Notes under the pieces: generated by a model | Told to the model about the DNA's origin: nothing | The model's input: the letters and a program-made list of their open reading frames with translations, nothing else | Database searches by the model: none | Made by a program: the position numbers and the translations under genes | Source: Verrucomicrobiia bacterium | GTDB taxonomy: Bacteria > Verrucomicrobiota > Verrucomicrobiia > Limisphaerales > UBA1319 | Assembly: GCA_963664225.1 (NCBI GenBank) | Contig: OY760937.1 | Span: 4,192,001 to 4,256,000 of the forward strand | Length of the DNA: 64,000 nucleotides | Direction of reading: 5' to 3' | Part shown: one piece after another, positions 30,099 through 41,190 of the stretch | Position numbering within the stretch: position 1 is the stretch's first letter | How the letters are laid out: each line of letters starts with the position of its first letter

Positions 30099-32834
30099 AT
30101 GAACAGAATATCCATGGTTATTCTGCGGATTGTTTCATGTTCGGATTCCTTTCAGAACACCTGGCACTCCTCGGGTTCGCGATGGAGCTTCCTCACAATA
30201 TGTTTTGCCTTATCGGGATTTGTTTCCACAGGGAAGGCTGAGTGGCAGGGCGATTACGGGTATTCAACAAACGGCCCGACTGTGGCCATTGTGGATTACG
30301 CCGGTCGTGGTGGCAATATTATCGTTCCAAACACCATCCTGGGTAAACAAGTCACCAGCATCGGAGATAATGCGTTCTCCAAACGTTGCAGCCTGACCAG
30401 TATTTCAATCCCAGAAGGTGTTACCAACATCGGGAATTATGCGTTTTCTGGCTGCACCGGTCTGACAAATATTACAATTCCCAACAGCGTCAGCCGCATT
30501 GGGATTTACGCATTCTACAACTGCCACGGTCTGGCAGAAGTCGCAATTCCAAACAACGTCACGGCCATCAGGGATTCTGCATTTTTCGGGTGTGCCGGCC
30601 TGACGAATGTTACGATTCCCAGCGCCGTCACCGCCATTGAGAGGCAGGCATTCTCAGGCTGCAGCAGACTGACGAATATTGCGATACCCACCAATGTCAT
30701 CAGGATCGGAGATTCAGCGTTCAATTACTGCGTTGGCCTCCAAGATATAACGATTCCAAGTAAAGTCGGCATCATCTATTCCTTTGCATTTGCCGGCTGC
30801 ACTGGCCTGACCAATGTTGCAATCTCGAATAGCGCCGCAATCATCTTGTCTTCGGCGTTTACTGGCTGTACCGGCCTGACGGGGTTCACCGTCCCCGCCG
30901 GTGCCTTCACCATTGATTATGGCACATTCTCTGATTGCACCGGTTTGATGAGCGTCGTGATTCCAGACAGCGTCACCAACATCGGGAACCTGGCTTTCTC
31001 TGGTTGCTCCAGCCTGACGAATATTACATTACCCGGCAAGGTGACCGCCATTGGATGGAACGCATTTGCTGCATGCACCAATTTAAGGAACATCACGATT
31101 CCCAACAGCGTCACCAAAATTGCGGATTATGCGTTCATGAACTGCACCAATTTGACAGACTTCATGATTCCCGACAGCGTTACCGCCATTGGGAATGCTA
31201 CGTTTTCTGGCTGCAGTGGTCTGACCGGCATCGACATCCCAAAAGGAGTCACCAGCATCGGGGACGGGACGTTCACAGGTTGTATCGGTCTGACCGACTT
31301 TACGCTCTCCAGCAACGTCACCAGTGTCGGATCCATGACGTTTGCGGGTTGCACCGGATTGACGGCCATTGCAGTGGACGCTCTCAACAGGTATTTTGCC
31401 AGTGTGGACGGCATATTGTTCTCCAGGAACCACACAAAACTCATACAGTTCCCAGCGGGCAGGATTGGGAGCTACGCAATTTCCAATGGCGTCACAGTCC
31501 TGGCAAACGGTGCTTTCAATGGGTGCTCGTATCTGACGGACATCACGATTCCAGCCAGCGTCAGTCTTATTGAGGACTCCGCACTCGCGAACTGCCACAG
31601 TCTGACCAATATCACAGTGGATAACCTCAATCCAATCTATGCCAGCGTGGATGGTGCCCTTTTAAGCAAAGACCTGACACTCCTCATTCAATGTCCAAAC
31701 GGAAAAATCGGGAGTTACGAGATTCCCTCCAGCGTCACCAGCATCGCATTTAATGCGTTTGCCGGTTGCAACCTCCTCACGAATGTCACGATCTCCAGCG
31801 GCAATATTCGGATCGGTTATGCCGGTTTTTTGGAATGCACAGGTTTAACCAGCATCTCAGTGGATCCACTCAACTCGGACTTCACCAGTGTCGATGGTGT
31901 ATTGTTCTCCAAAAATCCGCTAATGCTGATTCAATATCCAAGAGGAAGGAATGGCGGTTACGTGGTCCCCGACAATGTCGTTCGCATCGGCGATAAAGCG
32001 TTCTACAACTGTGTTGGTTTGACGGAAATCACGATTTCCACCAACGTCGCCTGGATTGGGGATTGGTCGTTCGCGGGCTGCACAGGCCTGACAAATGTGA
32101 TCATTCCAAATGGCACAAGCCTGATCGGCGAATCCGCGTTTAGGGCATGCACGAATCTGAAGGGCATCACGATTCCCAACAGCGTCGCTACCATCGGAAA
32201 TAACGCGTTCGATGGCTGCATCAGCCTGACCAACATTACGTTCCCCAACAGTATCCGCGACTTCGGATTTTTGGTTTTCAATGATTGCAGCAATTTGACT
32301 TCCGTAATATTTGAGGGCAATGCCCCCACGCCTGATCCATATTACCTGATGGATGCTGGCAAGGATGTGCCGATTTATTACCGCATTGGAACCACTGGCT
32401 GGAACACTACTTTTGCAGGTCAACCGACCGCAATATCGAGGCCCTCTTATCAGGAGTGGGCAGGGATCATGGGTCTGCTGGAAAAATTCCCAGATGCAAG
32501 TGCCGGGAGTGACGATCCTGATCACGACGGAATGCGCAATCTCCAGGAATGGCAGGCAGCCACAGACCCCACAGATTCAAGTTCAGCTCTGAAGTTTGAG
32601 AGCGAGCCGCGTCCTGATAGCCTGGCCGACACCGATAAAACCGACGTTGGACCTGACCAACATGCCTTGTATCTTCAGACCGTGCCGGGCAACAAATACA
32701 AATTGGAAAGCGTTTCCGCGTTTCATGACGCATGGCAGACAGAAACCGCCGTCACCGCCACGACCTCTCAAAAGCGTGTTCTCGTCACAAAACCGCTCGA
32801 TCAGCGTTTCTATCGCGTGGTCTTGGTGCCATAG
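30099..32834 (+). CDS. BspA-type LRR_5 exported protein, paralogue 2
   Basis: Same repeats and conserved C-terminal domain. Confidence 0.9.
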   Translation: MNRISMVILRIVSCSDSFQNTWHSSGSRWSFLTICFALSGFVSTGKAEWQGDYGYSTNGPTVAIVDYAGRGGNIIVPNTILGKQVTSIGDNAFSKRCSLTSISIPEGVTNIGNYAFSGCTGLTNITIPNSVSRIGIYAFYNCHGLAEVAIPNNVTAIRDSAFFGCAGLTNVTIPSAVTAIERQAFSGCSRLTNIAIPTNVIRIGDSAFNYCVGLQDITIPSKVGIIYSFAFAGCTGLTNVAISNSAAIILSSAFTGCTGLTGFTVPAGAFTIDYGTFSDCTGLMSVVIPDSVTNIGNLAFSGCSSLTNITLPGKVTAIGWNAFAACTNLRNITIPNSVTKIADYAFMNCTNLTDFMIPDSVTAIGNATFSGCSGLTGIDIPKGVTSIGDGTFTGCIGLTDFTLSSNVTSVGSMTFAGCTGLTAIAVDALNRYFASVDGILFSRNHTKLIQFPAGRIGSYAISNGVTVLANGAFNGCSYLTDITIPASVSLIEDSALANCHSLTNITVDNLNPIYASVDGALLSKDLTLLIQCPNGKIGSYEIPSSVTSIAFNAFAGCNLLTNVTISSGNIRIGYAGFLECTGLTSISVDPLNSDFTSVDGVLFSKNPLMLIQYPRGRNGGYVVPDNVVRIGDKAFYNCVGLTEITISTNVAWIGDWSFAGCTGLTNVIIPNGTSLIGESAFRACTNLKGITIPNSVATIGNNAFDGCISLTNITFPNSIRDFGFLVFNDCSNLTSVIFEGNAPTPDPYYLMDAGKDVPIYYRIGTTGWNTTFAGQPTAISRPSYQEWAGIMGLLEKFPDASAGSDDPDHDGMRNLQEWQAATDPTDSSSALKFESEPRPDSLADTDKTDVGPDQHALYLQTVPGNKYKLESVSAFHDAWQTETAVTATTSQKRVLVTKPLDQRFYRVVLVP

Positions 32835-33027
32835 TCGGCAGGCTGGAGCCCGTTTTTTCATTTGATCAGGTGCCTCGGTAAGGTTCCGTTAAGGTGTCTC
32901 GGCTAGGATCGGTGGTTAATGCAGACTGACGTTGGGAATGAGCGACTGTTAATGACTTCCGTTGCTGATGAAATGCGAACTTAGGCCTTTCACCGATTCC
33001 GGTTTTGGAGTATTCAGGGGCATCATT

Positions 33028-34461
33028 ATGCGGCACTGGCAACGAGAATGGCGGAGGTGTTCCAACCGGACTTTAACGCTGGCGAGCCTGATCGCCGTGT
33101 CACTGCTGGCTCTCAGCGGCTGCGTGCGCTATCAATCCAAACAGTTGGATCCGGCGAAAAACCTCGCGCGCATTGAGCAGCGTTCGCTCGGCGATACGGC
33201 ACTGAAACAATACATCGAGCGGAATCTTCAGAAAGAGCAGACCCCATGGCCCCCCGCAAGCTGGGACCTGAAGATGCTCACGATGGCCGCCTTCCATTAC
33301 AATCCCGATATCGAGGCCGCGCGCGCGAAATACGCCGTGGTCGCCGCCGGAAAGAAAACCGCCGCAGAACGTCCGAATCCCACGCTCAGCGTCACGCCCG
33401 CGCGTAATACCACCACGACCATTCCATCGCCCTGGCTGGTGACCGCCACTATGGACATCCCCATTGAAACCGCCGGCAAGCGCGGTTATCGGATGGCCGG
33501 GGCCGGGCAACTCTCCCGGGCCGCGCAACTGGGCATTGCCAGCACGGCATGGGACGTGAGGACGCGCGTGCGCAAAAGCTTTCTGACCCTGTGGTCCGCG
33601 AGCGAAGCGGAAACGCTTTTGCAGCGTCAGATGGCCGCGCAAAGCAACGTCGTTGCGCTCCTCGATCAGCAACTCGAACTCGGGGCCATTGCGCGGACGG
33701 AATTGACGCGGGAACGCATCGCCCTGCAGCAATCCCGCCTGGCCTTTCTTGAGGCGCAGAACCGCCGATCGCAGGCGCGTGTGGAACTCGCCACCGCCAT
33801 TGGTTTGCCGGCGCATGCCTTCGACGACGTGGTTTTTAACTTCGACGCTTTCACGCAAGCCCCGCTTCCGCCTGTTTCCGCAGAGGCCCGCCGTCGTGCA
33901 TTGCTTGGCCGCGCGGATGTGCTCGCCGCGCTGTCCGAATACGCCGCCAGCGAATCGGCGCTGCAGTTGGAAATCGCCAGACAGTATCCCGACATTCACC
34001 TGAGCCCCGGTTACGAATACGACCAGGGCAATGACAAATGGGGATTGGGTGTGGGCGTGGAATTGCCCGTGATCAATCAGAATCGCGGTCCCATCGCAGA
34101 GGCGAAAGCCAGACGCAGCGAAGCCGCCGCGCAGTTCAACGTCCTGCAGGCGGGCGTGCTCAACGCCATTGAAACCGCCGAGGCCGGTTGCGCCAGCGCG
34201 CAGGCGCAATTGGACGCGGCATCCTCCATTTTAAAGGAAGCGGAGCAACGGGAAAAACTCGCTCACGGCATGTTCGATGTGGGAGAAGTTCCACGTCAGG
34301 CTTTAGCCGCCGCCGCCATCGAGCAAACCACAGCAGCCCTGGCCGCTCTGGATGCGCGCGCAAAGGCACAGGATGCCCTGGGCCAGTTGGAAGGCGCGCT
34401 GCAAAGCCCGCTCGAAATTCCCGCGTCGATTCTCGAAATCCCAAGCCCTCTTGATAAATAA
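33028..34461 (+). CDS. TolC-family outer membrane efflux lipoprotein
   Basis: Lipobox LALSGC; PIETAGKRGYR; upstream of MFP and RND genes. Confidence 0.85.
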   Translation: MRHWQREWRRCSNRTLTLASLIAVSLLALSGCVRYQSKQLDPAKNLARIEQRSLGDTALKQYIERNLQKEQTPWPPASWDLKMLTMAAFHYNPDIEAARAKYAVVAAGKKTAAERPNPTLSVTPARNTTTTIPSPWLVTATMDIPIETAGKRGYRMAGAGQLSRAAQLGIASTAWDVRTRVRKSFLTLWSASEAETLLQRQMAAQSNVVALLDQQLELGAIARTELTRERIALQQSRLAFLEAQNRRSQARVELATAIGLPAHAFDDVVFNFDAFTQAPLPPVSAEARRRALLGRADVLAALSEYAASESALQLEIARQYPDIHLSPGYEYDQGNDKWGLGVGVELPVINQNRGPIAEAKARRSEAAAQFNVLQAGVLNAIETAEAGCASAQAQLDAASSILKEAEQREKLAHGMFDVGEVPRQALAAAAIEQTTAALAALDARAKAQDALGQLEGALQSPLEIPASILEIPSPLDK

Positions 34462-34465
34462 TGTT

Positions 34466-35521
34466 ATGCTTTTCAAACGCATTGTCCTGGTAACTCTGCT
34501 CTGTCTCGCGGTTCCCGCGTTCCTCCGGGCCGACGACGACGAGGAGAAGATCGAGACCGAGGTGGCCGTGCACGTTGCGCCCATTAAAAAGGCCACACTG
34601 CGCGCGTATGTCGCCGGTTATGGATCGGTCGAGGCGCAACCCGCCGGTCCCAAAACAGCCGCCGCTGGCGCCAAGATCTCCTCACCGCTCGCCGGTGCTC
34701 TGGCGGAAACGCTCTGCCAGGAGGGCCAGCATGTCGAAAAGGGTGTCGTCCTGTTCCGCCTCGATAACCGCCTGGCCGCTGCGCAAGCCGCCAAGGCCAA
34801 ACAGGCGCTTGCGTTTGCCCAGCAAAATCTGGAACGACAAACAGCGTTGCTCAAGGTTGAAGGCACCTCGCGCCGGGCTTTGCAGGAAGCCGAAGCGCAA
34901 GTGGCTTCCGCTACTGCAGAGCTTGAAGCCGCGCGCACGCTGCTGGATTTGCACGAGATCAAGGCGCCGCTTTCCGGCACGGTGACGAGGGTCAATGTCC
35001 GTAATGGCGAAGTGGTGGACCTCACCACGGTTCTGGCCGAATTGATCGATCTGGGCCGGTTGAACGTGGCGTTGACGGTTCCACAGGACGAAGCGTGGGC
35101 ATTAAAACAAGGTCAGGAAGCGGAAATCACCCCGGCCACCGGCGTGGCGTTTTTGACGGGCGTGGTCGAGAGCATTTCGCCACAAGTGGATCCCGCCACC
35201 GGCACGGTGCTGGTCCGCACGAGCGTTCCCGCGAATGCCCCGTTGCGCCCCGGCCAGTTCATCCGCGCGCGCATCGTCAGCGAGATTCGGGCCGACCGTC
35301 TGGCCGTGCCAGTGGAGGCTGTTGTCAAAGACCCGGAGACCGGCCCGTACGTGGCAGTGGTGGAAAATGGCAAGGCCCTCCGCAAGACCGTAAAGACCGG
35401 CCTGCGGGATGGCGGCCTGATCGAGATCGAAGGCGAGGGGATCAAGGAAGGTCAGGTCGTGGTCACACTCGGCGCCTACGGACTGCCCAAGGAAACCAAA
35501 GTGCGGGTGTTGGATAAATAA
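34466..35521 (+). CDS. RND periplasmic adaptor (MFP)
   Basis: IKAPLSGTV, ISPQVDPATGT, LRPGQF, TGLRDGG. Confidence 0.9.
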   Translation: MLFKRIVLVTLLCLAVPAFLRADDDEEKIETEVAVHVAPIKKATLRAYVAGYGSVEAQPAGPKTAAAGAKISSPLAGALAETLCQEGQHVEKGVVLFRLDNRLAAAQAAKAKQALAFAQQNLERQTALLKVEGTSRRALQEAEAQVASATAELEAARTLLDLHEIKAPLSGTVTRVNVRNGEVVDLTTVLAELIDLGRLNVALTVPQDEAWALKQGQEAEITPATGVAFLTGVVESISPQVDPATGTVLVRTSVPANAPLRPGQFIRARIVSEIRADRLAVPVEAVVKDPETGPYVAVVENGKALRKTVKTGLRDGGLIEIEGEGIKEGQVVVTLGAYGLPKETKVRVLDK

Positions 35522-35536
35522 AGGGAAACGCACCCC

Positions 35537-38500
35537 ATGACTTCGCCTCTCTCCACCAGCCATTGGGCCATTCGCCACGCCAAGGCCATCAGTTTCATCG
35601 CCTTCATTCTTTGCATGGCGGGAATCTATGCGGCATTGAAAATGCCGTCGTCGGTTTTCCCTCAAACCAATTTCCCGCGCGTCGTCATTCTCGCGGATAA
35701 CGGCGTGATGCCCGGAGACGAAATGATGGCCGCCATCACGCGCCCCATCGAGGAGTCCATGAAGGACATTCCCGGTGCGGTGACCATTCGTTCGGCCACC
35801 GGCCGCGGGTCTGCGGAGATCAACGTTTTCTTCAGTTGGAACACGGACATGGTGCAGGCGGAACTGTTCGTTTTGGGGCGGCTGGCGCAAATTCGCAGCG
35901 TCCTTCCCAGCACGGCCCAAACCACCGTCTGGCGGCTCACTTTCTCGGCGTTCCCGATCATTGGCGTCAGCCTCACCAGCCCTTCCCGCGACGTCATGGC
36001 CCTTTGGGAGGAGGCCCGCTACAACCTCAAACCGCGCTTCCTGCGCATCCCCGGCGTCGCCCGTGTGGATCTGGTCGGCGGACGCACCCCCGAATATCAC
36101 GTCATCGCAGACCCGGTGCGATTGCAGGCCGCAGGGCTTGGTCTTTCGGGAATCACCGACGCGCTGGCCAAAAACAATTTGTTCTCGCCCGCCGGAATGC
36201 ATGAGGAGAATTACACGCTTTACCTCGCTGTGGTGGATGGCCGCGTGCACAACATCGAGGAAATCGAAAATCTCACCGTCGGCGCGATCAATGGCCGCCC
36301 CGTGCAAATCCGCGATGTCGCCCGTGTGGAACGGGGTCCGCAGCCCGTCTTCAACGTCGTCACGTCCGAGGGCGTTCCCGCGGTGCTTCTGAACATCCGC
36401 AGCCAGCCGGACGGCAGCACGCTCGACATCGCCACAAACCTGCGCAAGGAGCTCGCCCAATTGCATCAAGACCTGCCTCCGGACATGAAGCTCGCCTTTT
36501 TCTACGACCAATCGCAGCTCGTCCGCGCCTCGGTCGGCAGCGTTTGGGAAAGCATTCTCTTCGGCCTGATCCTCTCCATTGTCATCCTGTATTTGTTCCT
36601 GAAAAACTGGACCACCACACTGGTGGCCATCGTGGTCATTCCCATCACTGTCCTGATCACGCTGGTGGCCATGCACCTGTCCGGATTGAGTTTCAACCTG
36701 ATGACGCTGGGCGGAATTGCGGCGGCCATCGGACTGGTGATCGATGACGCCATCGTGGTGGTCGAGGCCATTTACGCCAAGATCGCCACCGGACGCCCCC
36801 GGCTGGAGGCCATTCAGGAGGCTGTCGGCGAAATCATTCGGCCGCTGATTGGCTCCACCTTGACCCCGGTCGTCGTCTTCCTGCCGCTGGCGTTTCTGGT
36901 GGGAATCGCCGGTGTGTTTTTTCGCGCGCTGGCTTTGACCATGGTCGTGTCCCTGCTGACATCCCTGGCCCTGGCCGTCACGCTGACTCCGTCCCTGGCC
37001 TCGTGGCTCATGCGCGGCCGCGAGAAACTCGTCCATGGTCACGCTCCGAAGGACGGCGAAACGGGTCCGATCCTGCGTCTGGCCATCCGGGTTTACGAAG
37101 TGTGCGTCCGCAAGGCCCTCCGGCACGCATGGATCACCCTCACCGCCTGCTTTGCCTTGATGGCCCTGGGCGTCTTTCTTTACACGCATCTGGAAAGCGA
37201 CTTTCTGCCCGAAATGGACGAAGGCGGCTTCGTGCTCGATTACGTCGCGCCCTGGGGCACCAGTCTGGCGGAAACCGACCGCCAATTGCTCCAGGCGGAG
37301 GAAATGCTCAAGGCCACCCCTGAAATTGAAAGCTATTCGCGACGCACCGGGGCGCGTCTTGCGTTGGCCATTGCGGAACCCAATACCGGCGATTTTTTGG
37401 TCAAACTCAAGCCCCAGCGCAAGCGTTCCACCGCCGAGGTCATCTCCGAGTTGCGCCGCAAATTCAACACCGTACTGCCCGGCATCGAATGGGAATTTCC
37501 CGGCATTCTCAGCGACCTGATCGGCGATCTGACGTGGTCCCCTAAACCGATCGAAGTAAAACTATTCTCGACCGACACGGAATTTCTGAAAACCAAGGCC
37601 CCTCAAATCGAGGAGGAACTCAAGAAAATCAAGGGCGTGGTGGACACCACCGACGGCTTGATCATGACCGGCCCCACGCTCAGTTTGCGCGTGCGTCATG
37701 CCGAAGCAGCCCGACTCGGCTTTACCGTGGACGACATCGCTGCGGCAGTGAACACCGCCATGCTCGGCCGCACCTCCTCCAGCGTGTTGGAAGGGGACCG
37801 GTTGGTGGATATTCGTGTCACCTTGGAACCCACATGGCTGGGCCGCATGGCCGCCTTGCGGGAATTGCCTCTGCGCACGCCCGTCGGCGCGGTGGTTCAG
37901 CTTTCCCAGGTGGCTGACATTGTCGAGGAACCCGGCCAGATGGAAATGCACCGCGAGGATTTGCGCCAGAATATCTCCGTGACCGCGCGTCTTGAAGGCC
38001 GCGACCTGGGCAGCGCCATGAAGGAAATTCAGGAGAAACTGGGCAAGGATCCCTCTCTGCCCCCCGGCACCATTGAGTTCGGCGGTCTTTACGAACAGCA
38101 GCGCGAGTCCTTCCGCAATCTGCTGACGGTTCTGGCCATGGCCATCCTGCTCGTTTTCACCGTGCTCCTCATCGAATTCGGCTCCTATCGCGAACCCATT
38201 GCCATCGTCTTCGGTTCCGTGCTGGCCCTGCTGGGTTCCATCCTCGCCCTGTGGCTGACGGGCACCACGCTGAACATCGTTTCCTTTTTGGGCGCAACCA
38301 TCGGCGTGGGGATTGTGGCCAAGAACGGCATCCTGATGCTCGATTTCGTGGACCGTCTCCGCGCGGAAGGCGCCAGTCTCGAGGACGCCCTGGTGCGGTC
38401 CGGGCATCGCCGTTTGCGCCCGGTCCTGATGACTTCCATGGCGGCAGGCCTGGGAATGCTCCCTCTGGCTTACGGCCTGGGCACCGGCGCGGACATGCTC

Positions 38501-38632
38501 AAACCGCTCGCCATCGCGGTGATTGGGGCATTGTGCATTTCCGTGTTGCTCTCGCTCATCGCAACCCCGGTTGTTTATCTGCTGTTGACGGACAAGAGCG
38601 AAAAAACCGACGGTGCGGGTAATCAAAAGTAA
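35537..38632 (+). CDS. RND efflux permease (AcrB/CusA-like)
   Basis: IGLVIDDAIVVVE, VAKNGILMLDF, RLRPVLMTS; 1031 aa. Confidence 0.95.
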   Translation: MTSPLSTSHWAIRHAKAISFIAFILCMAGIYAALKMPSSVFPQTNFPRVVILADNGVMPGDEMMAAITRPIEESMKDIPGAVTIRSATGRGSAEINVFFSWNTDMVQAELFVLGRLAQIRSVLPSTAQTTVWRLTFSAFPIIGVSLTSPSRDVMALWEEARYNLKPRFLRIPGVARVDLVGGRTPEYHVIADPVRLQAAGLGLSGITDALAKNNLFSPAGMHEENYTLYLAVVDGRVHNIEEIENLTVGAINGRPVQIRDVARVERGPQPVFNVVTSEGVPAVLLNIRSQPDGSTLDIATNLRKELAQLHQDLPPDMKLAFFYDQSQLVRASVGSVWESILFGLILSIVILYLFLKNWTTTLVAIVVIPITVLITLVAMHLSGLSFNLMTLGGIAAAIGLVIDDAIVVVEAIYAKIATGRPRLEAIQEAVGEIIRPLIGSTLTPVVVFLPLAFLVGIAGVFFRALALTMVVSLLTSLALAVTLTPSLASWLMRGREKLVHGHAPKDGETGPILRLAIRVYEVCVRKALRHAWITLTACFALMALGVFLYTHLESDFLPEMDEGGFVLDYVAPWGTSLAETDRQLLQAEEMLKATPEIESYSRRTGARLALAIAEPNTGDFLVKLKPQRKRSTAEVISELRRKFNTVLPGIEWEFPGILSDLIGDLTWSPKPIEVKLFSTDTEFLKTKAPQIEEELKKIKGVVDTTDGLIMTGPTLSLRVRHAEAARLGFTVDDIAAAVNTAMLGRTSSSVLEGDRLVDIRVTLEPTWLGRMAALRELPLRTPVGAVVQLSQVADIVEEPGQMEMHREDLRQNISVTARLEGRDLGSAMKEIQEKLGKDPSLPPGTIEFGGLYEQQRESFRNLLTVLAMAILLVFTVLLIEFGSYREPIAIVFGSVLALLGSILALWLTGTTLNIVSFLGATIGVGIVAKNGILMLDFVDRLRAEGASLEDALVRSGHRRLRPVLMTSMAAGLGMLPLAYGLGTGADMLKPLAIAVIGALCISVLLSLIATPVVYLLLTDKSEKTDGAGNQK

Positions 38633-38742
38633 GTTGGAGCGCAGTCGGAGGTTGGTATGATATCGCGCAGTTGCCGCTGGCAGATGGGATTATTCACTTT
38701 ACGGCTTGCTTTCGGTTTTCCATGCAGCATTACTTATTCAAT

Positions 38743-40641
38743 ATGAACAGGATACGCACGATTATTTTGACGATTCATTTACGAGCGGGTTACCTGCAAA
38801 TAAACAATGTCTCGATGATTTTGAGAACATGCGTTTTATCAGTATTCCTAGTATTATCAGGTTTGTTGACAATAGGTTACGCAGAAACATATGGAGATTA
38901 CACCTACTCGACAGACGGTGTATCTATTTCAATTGACGCATATAACGGGTTAGATGGCATTGTTATCATTCCGGATACCATTGAAGGCAAACCAGTCACC
39001 AGGATAAGTTATTTGGCCTCCATTGTTCCCGCCCGCCTGAAGAGTGTCTTTATCCCTGCCACAGTCACGAGCATCGGGGATTATGTGTTTTGGAACTGTA
39101 GTAATCTGATCGATATTAATGTAGATAAACGGAACACGACCTACAGCACTACGAACGGTGTGTTATTCAACAAGGGCATGACAATGCTCCTCCGGTGTCC
39201 TGGGGGAAAAACTGGAAGCTTCTTGATCCCCAATAACGTCACCGGCATTATGGATAATGCATTCCTTTTTTGCAGCGGGCTGACAAACATAATCATCCCA
39301 AGTGGCGTTTCCAGTATCGGATCCGCGGCTTTTGCCAACTGCACTGGCCTCACGGATATTACGATTCCCACTAACATAACGATCATCGAAGGTTCGGTGT
39401 TCTCTGGCTGCGGTGGTCTGACCAATGTTGTTTTCGGCAACAGCATCACCAACATCGGAATCGGCGCCTTCTATGACTGTACCAACCTGACGAGCATAAC
39501 GATCCCCAAAAGCGTGACGAGTATCGCGCTCTATGCTTTCATTCGCTGCACCGGCCTTAGGAATGTTACGTTTACCAACGGAATCACAAGTATTGGTGAT
39601 TCGGCGTTTGCCGGGTGTGCCGCTCTGACGAATATCACCTTGCCCGACGGGTTTACCAGTATCGGATCTGGGACATTCGATGGTTGCAGAGGACTTGAGA
39701 TGGTCAATCTCCCAAACAGCGTCACCAACATCGATAGCAGAGCATTCCTTGGCTGCAGCAGCCTGACGAGCATTACGATCCCTAACAACATCGCAATCCT
39801 CAATTCTTCGGTGTTCATGAACTGTAAAGGTTTAATTAGTGTTACGATTCCAAACAGCGTTGGTGTCGTTGGAGACGAGGCTTTCTCTGGCTGCACTCTC
39901 CTAGAGAGCGTCACGATCCCTAACGCTAACATTTGGAGAAGGACGTTTTTTAATTGCACCAACCTCACCAAGGTTGCAATCGGTCATGGCGGACGACTGA
40001 TCTATGATGAGGCTTTCGCAGGTTGCAATAGCCTGGTAAGCATCACCATCCCCGGCAATATCACGTGGATCGGAGAGCAGGCATTCTCTGGCTGCACCAG
40101 CCTGGCCAATGTGTTATTTGAGGGCAATGCGCCAACACATGCTCCCGATAACGTTTTCAATTATACCACTAATGTGACCGTTTATTACCGCGCGGGAACC
40201 ATTGGCTGGGGCACTGTTTTTGCAGGTCGTCCGACAGCGTTATGGCAACCTTCCTATCAGGAATGGGCGCAAACGTCCGGTTTGCTGGAGAAGTTTCCCG
40301 ACGCCAGCAGAGAAACCGACGATGCCGACCACGATGGCCTGAACAACCTGGCGGAAATGCAGGCGGGCTCCGATCCCACCAAGGCGGATTCAGCGTTGAA
40401 ATTTGAAGGCGCGCCTCTGCTTGAGAATCTGGCGGAAGAGGACAAGACCGCCATCGGCACCGATCAACACGCCCTGTATTTCCAAACCGTGCCGGGAAAA
40501 AAATACGAAATCCAGAGCACGACCGCTCTCAGTGGAACATGGCAAACCGAAACGAACGTCAGCGCCACGACCACCCAAAAGCGCGTTCTGGTCAATAAAC
40601 CGGCCAATCAGGAATTCTATCGCGTGGTCCTGGTGCCATAG
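38743..40641 (+). CDS. BspA-type LRR_5 exported protein, paralogue 3
   Basis: LRR_5 repeats plus shared C-terminus ending FYRVVLVP. Confidence 0.9.
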   Translation: MNRIRTIILTIHLRAGYLQINNVSMILRTCVLSVFLVLSGLLTIGYAETYGDYTYSTDGVSISIDAYNGLDGIVIIPDTIEGKPVTRISYLASIVPARLKSVFIPATVTSIGDYVFWNCSNLIDINVDKRNTTYSTTNGVLFNKGMTMLLRCPGGKTGSFLIPNNVTGIMDNAFLFCSGLTNIIIPSGVSSIGSAAFANCTGLTDITIPTNITIIEGSVFSGCGGLTNVVFGNSITNIGIGAFYDCTNLTSITIPKSVTSIALYAFIRCTGLRNVTFTNGITSIGDSAFAGCAALTNITLPDGFTSIGSGTFDGCRGLEMVNLPNSVTNIDSRAFLGCSSLTSITIPNNIAILNSSVFMNCKGLISVTIPNSVGVVGDEAFSGCTLLESVTIPNANIWRRTFFNCTNLTKVAIGHGGRLIYDEAFAGCNSLVSITIPGNITWIGEQAFSGCTSLANVLFEGNAPTHAPDNVFNYTTNVTVYYRAGTIGWGTVFAGRPTALWQPSYQEWAQTSGLLEKFPDASRETDDADHDGLNNLAEMQAGSDPTKADSALKFEGAPLLENLAEEDKTAIGTDQHALYFQTVPGKKYEIQSTTALSGTWQTETNVSATTTQKRVLVNKPANQEFYRVVLVP

Positions 40642-41190
40642 AATCCCTCAACAAAACCGACCATCTTGAGATCACCCTGCGTGCAGGCGCGGAATAGTTT
40701 GGAATCGTCCTGCCAAAACCAGCTTAAAACCGGACAAAAAATCAGCGGTTTGGACAATTTTCTCACTATTTCTTAAATTTGAGGCAAAAAAACGACTGGT
40801 GCTACGATTATTATTTTAAGTGGAGTGTGAAAAACAGGGGTTCGATAAACGCTCTAAAACCTCACAAAGTCCACCGCTGCATAAAATGCTCTAAGTATTC
40901 ATAGCGAACGTTTTACATAAATATTGCGGCCCTTAAAAAGGAGGTAAAACTGCACCCAACAGTCATTCCATAAGATAATAGATGACATAAGCAGTCATTA
41001 TATCTTGCAGGACCGCTTGACTCAGAGACCGTTTAATGGTTTCTTATTCCCAAGAACACGAGATCAGATTTTGTGGCAGACTTATAAAAATTGTTCTTTG
41101 ACTGCCAAGTTACACTTTCGTTCTGAGTGACGTACACACTCTCAACGATGTTCCTCATGTTCCTACTGATGTACTGAGTTCGAAAATTCC

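Noticed and set aside
26859..40641. CRISPR array or DGR in the repetitive region
   Set aside because: The repeats are degenerate protein-coding LRR units; no cas or reverse transcriptase gene is present
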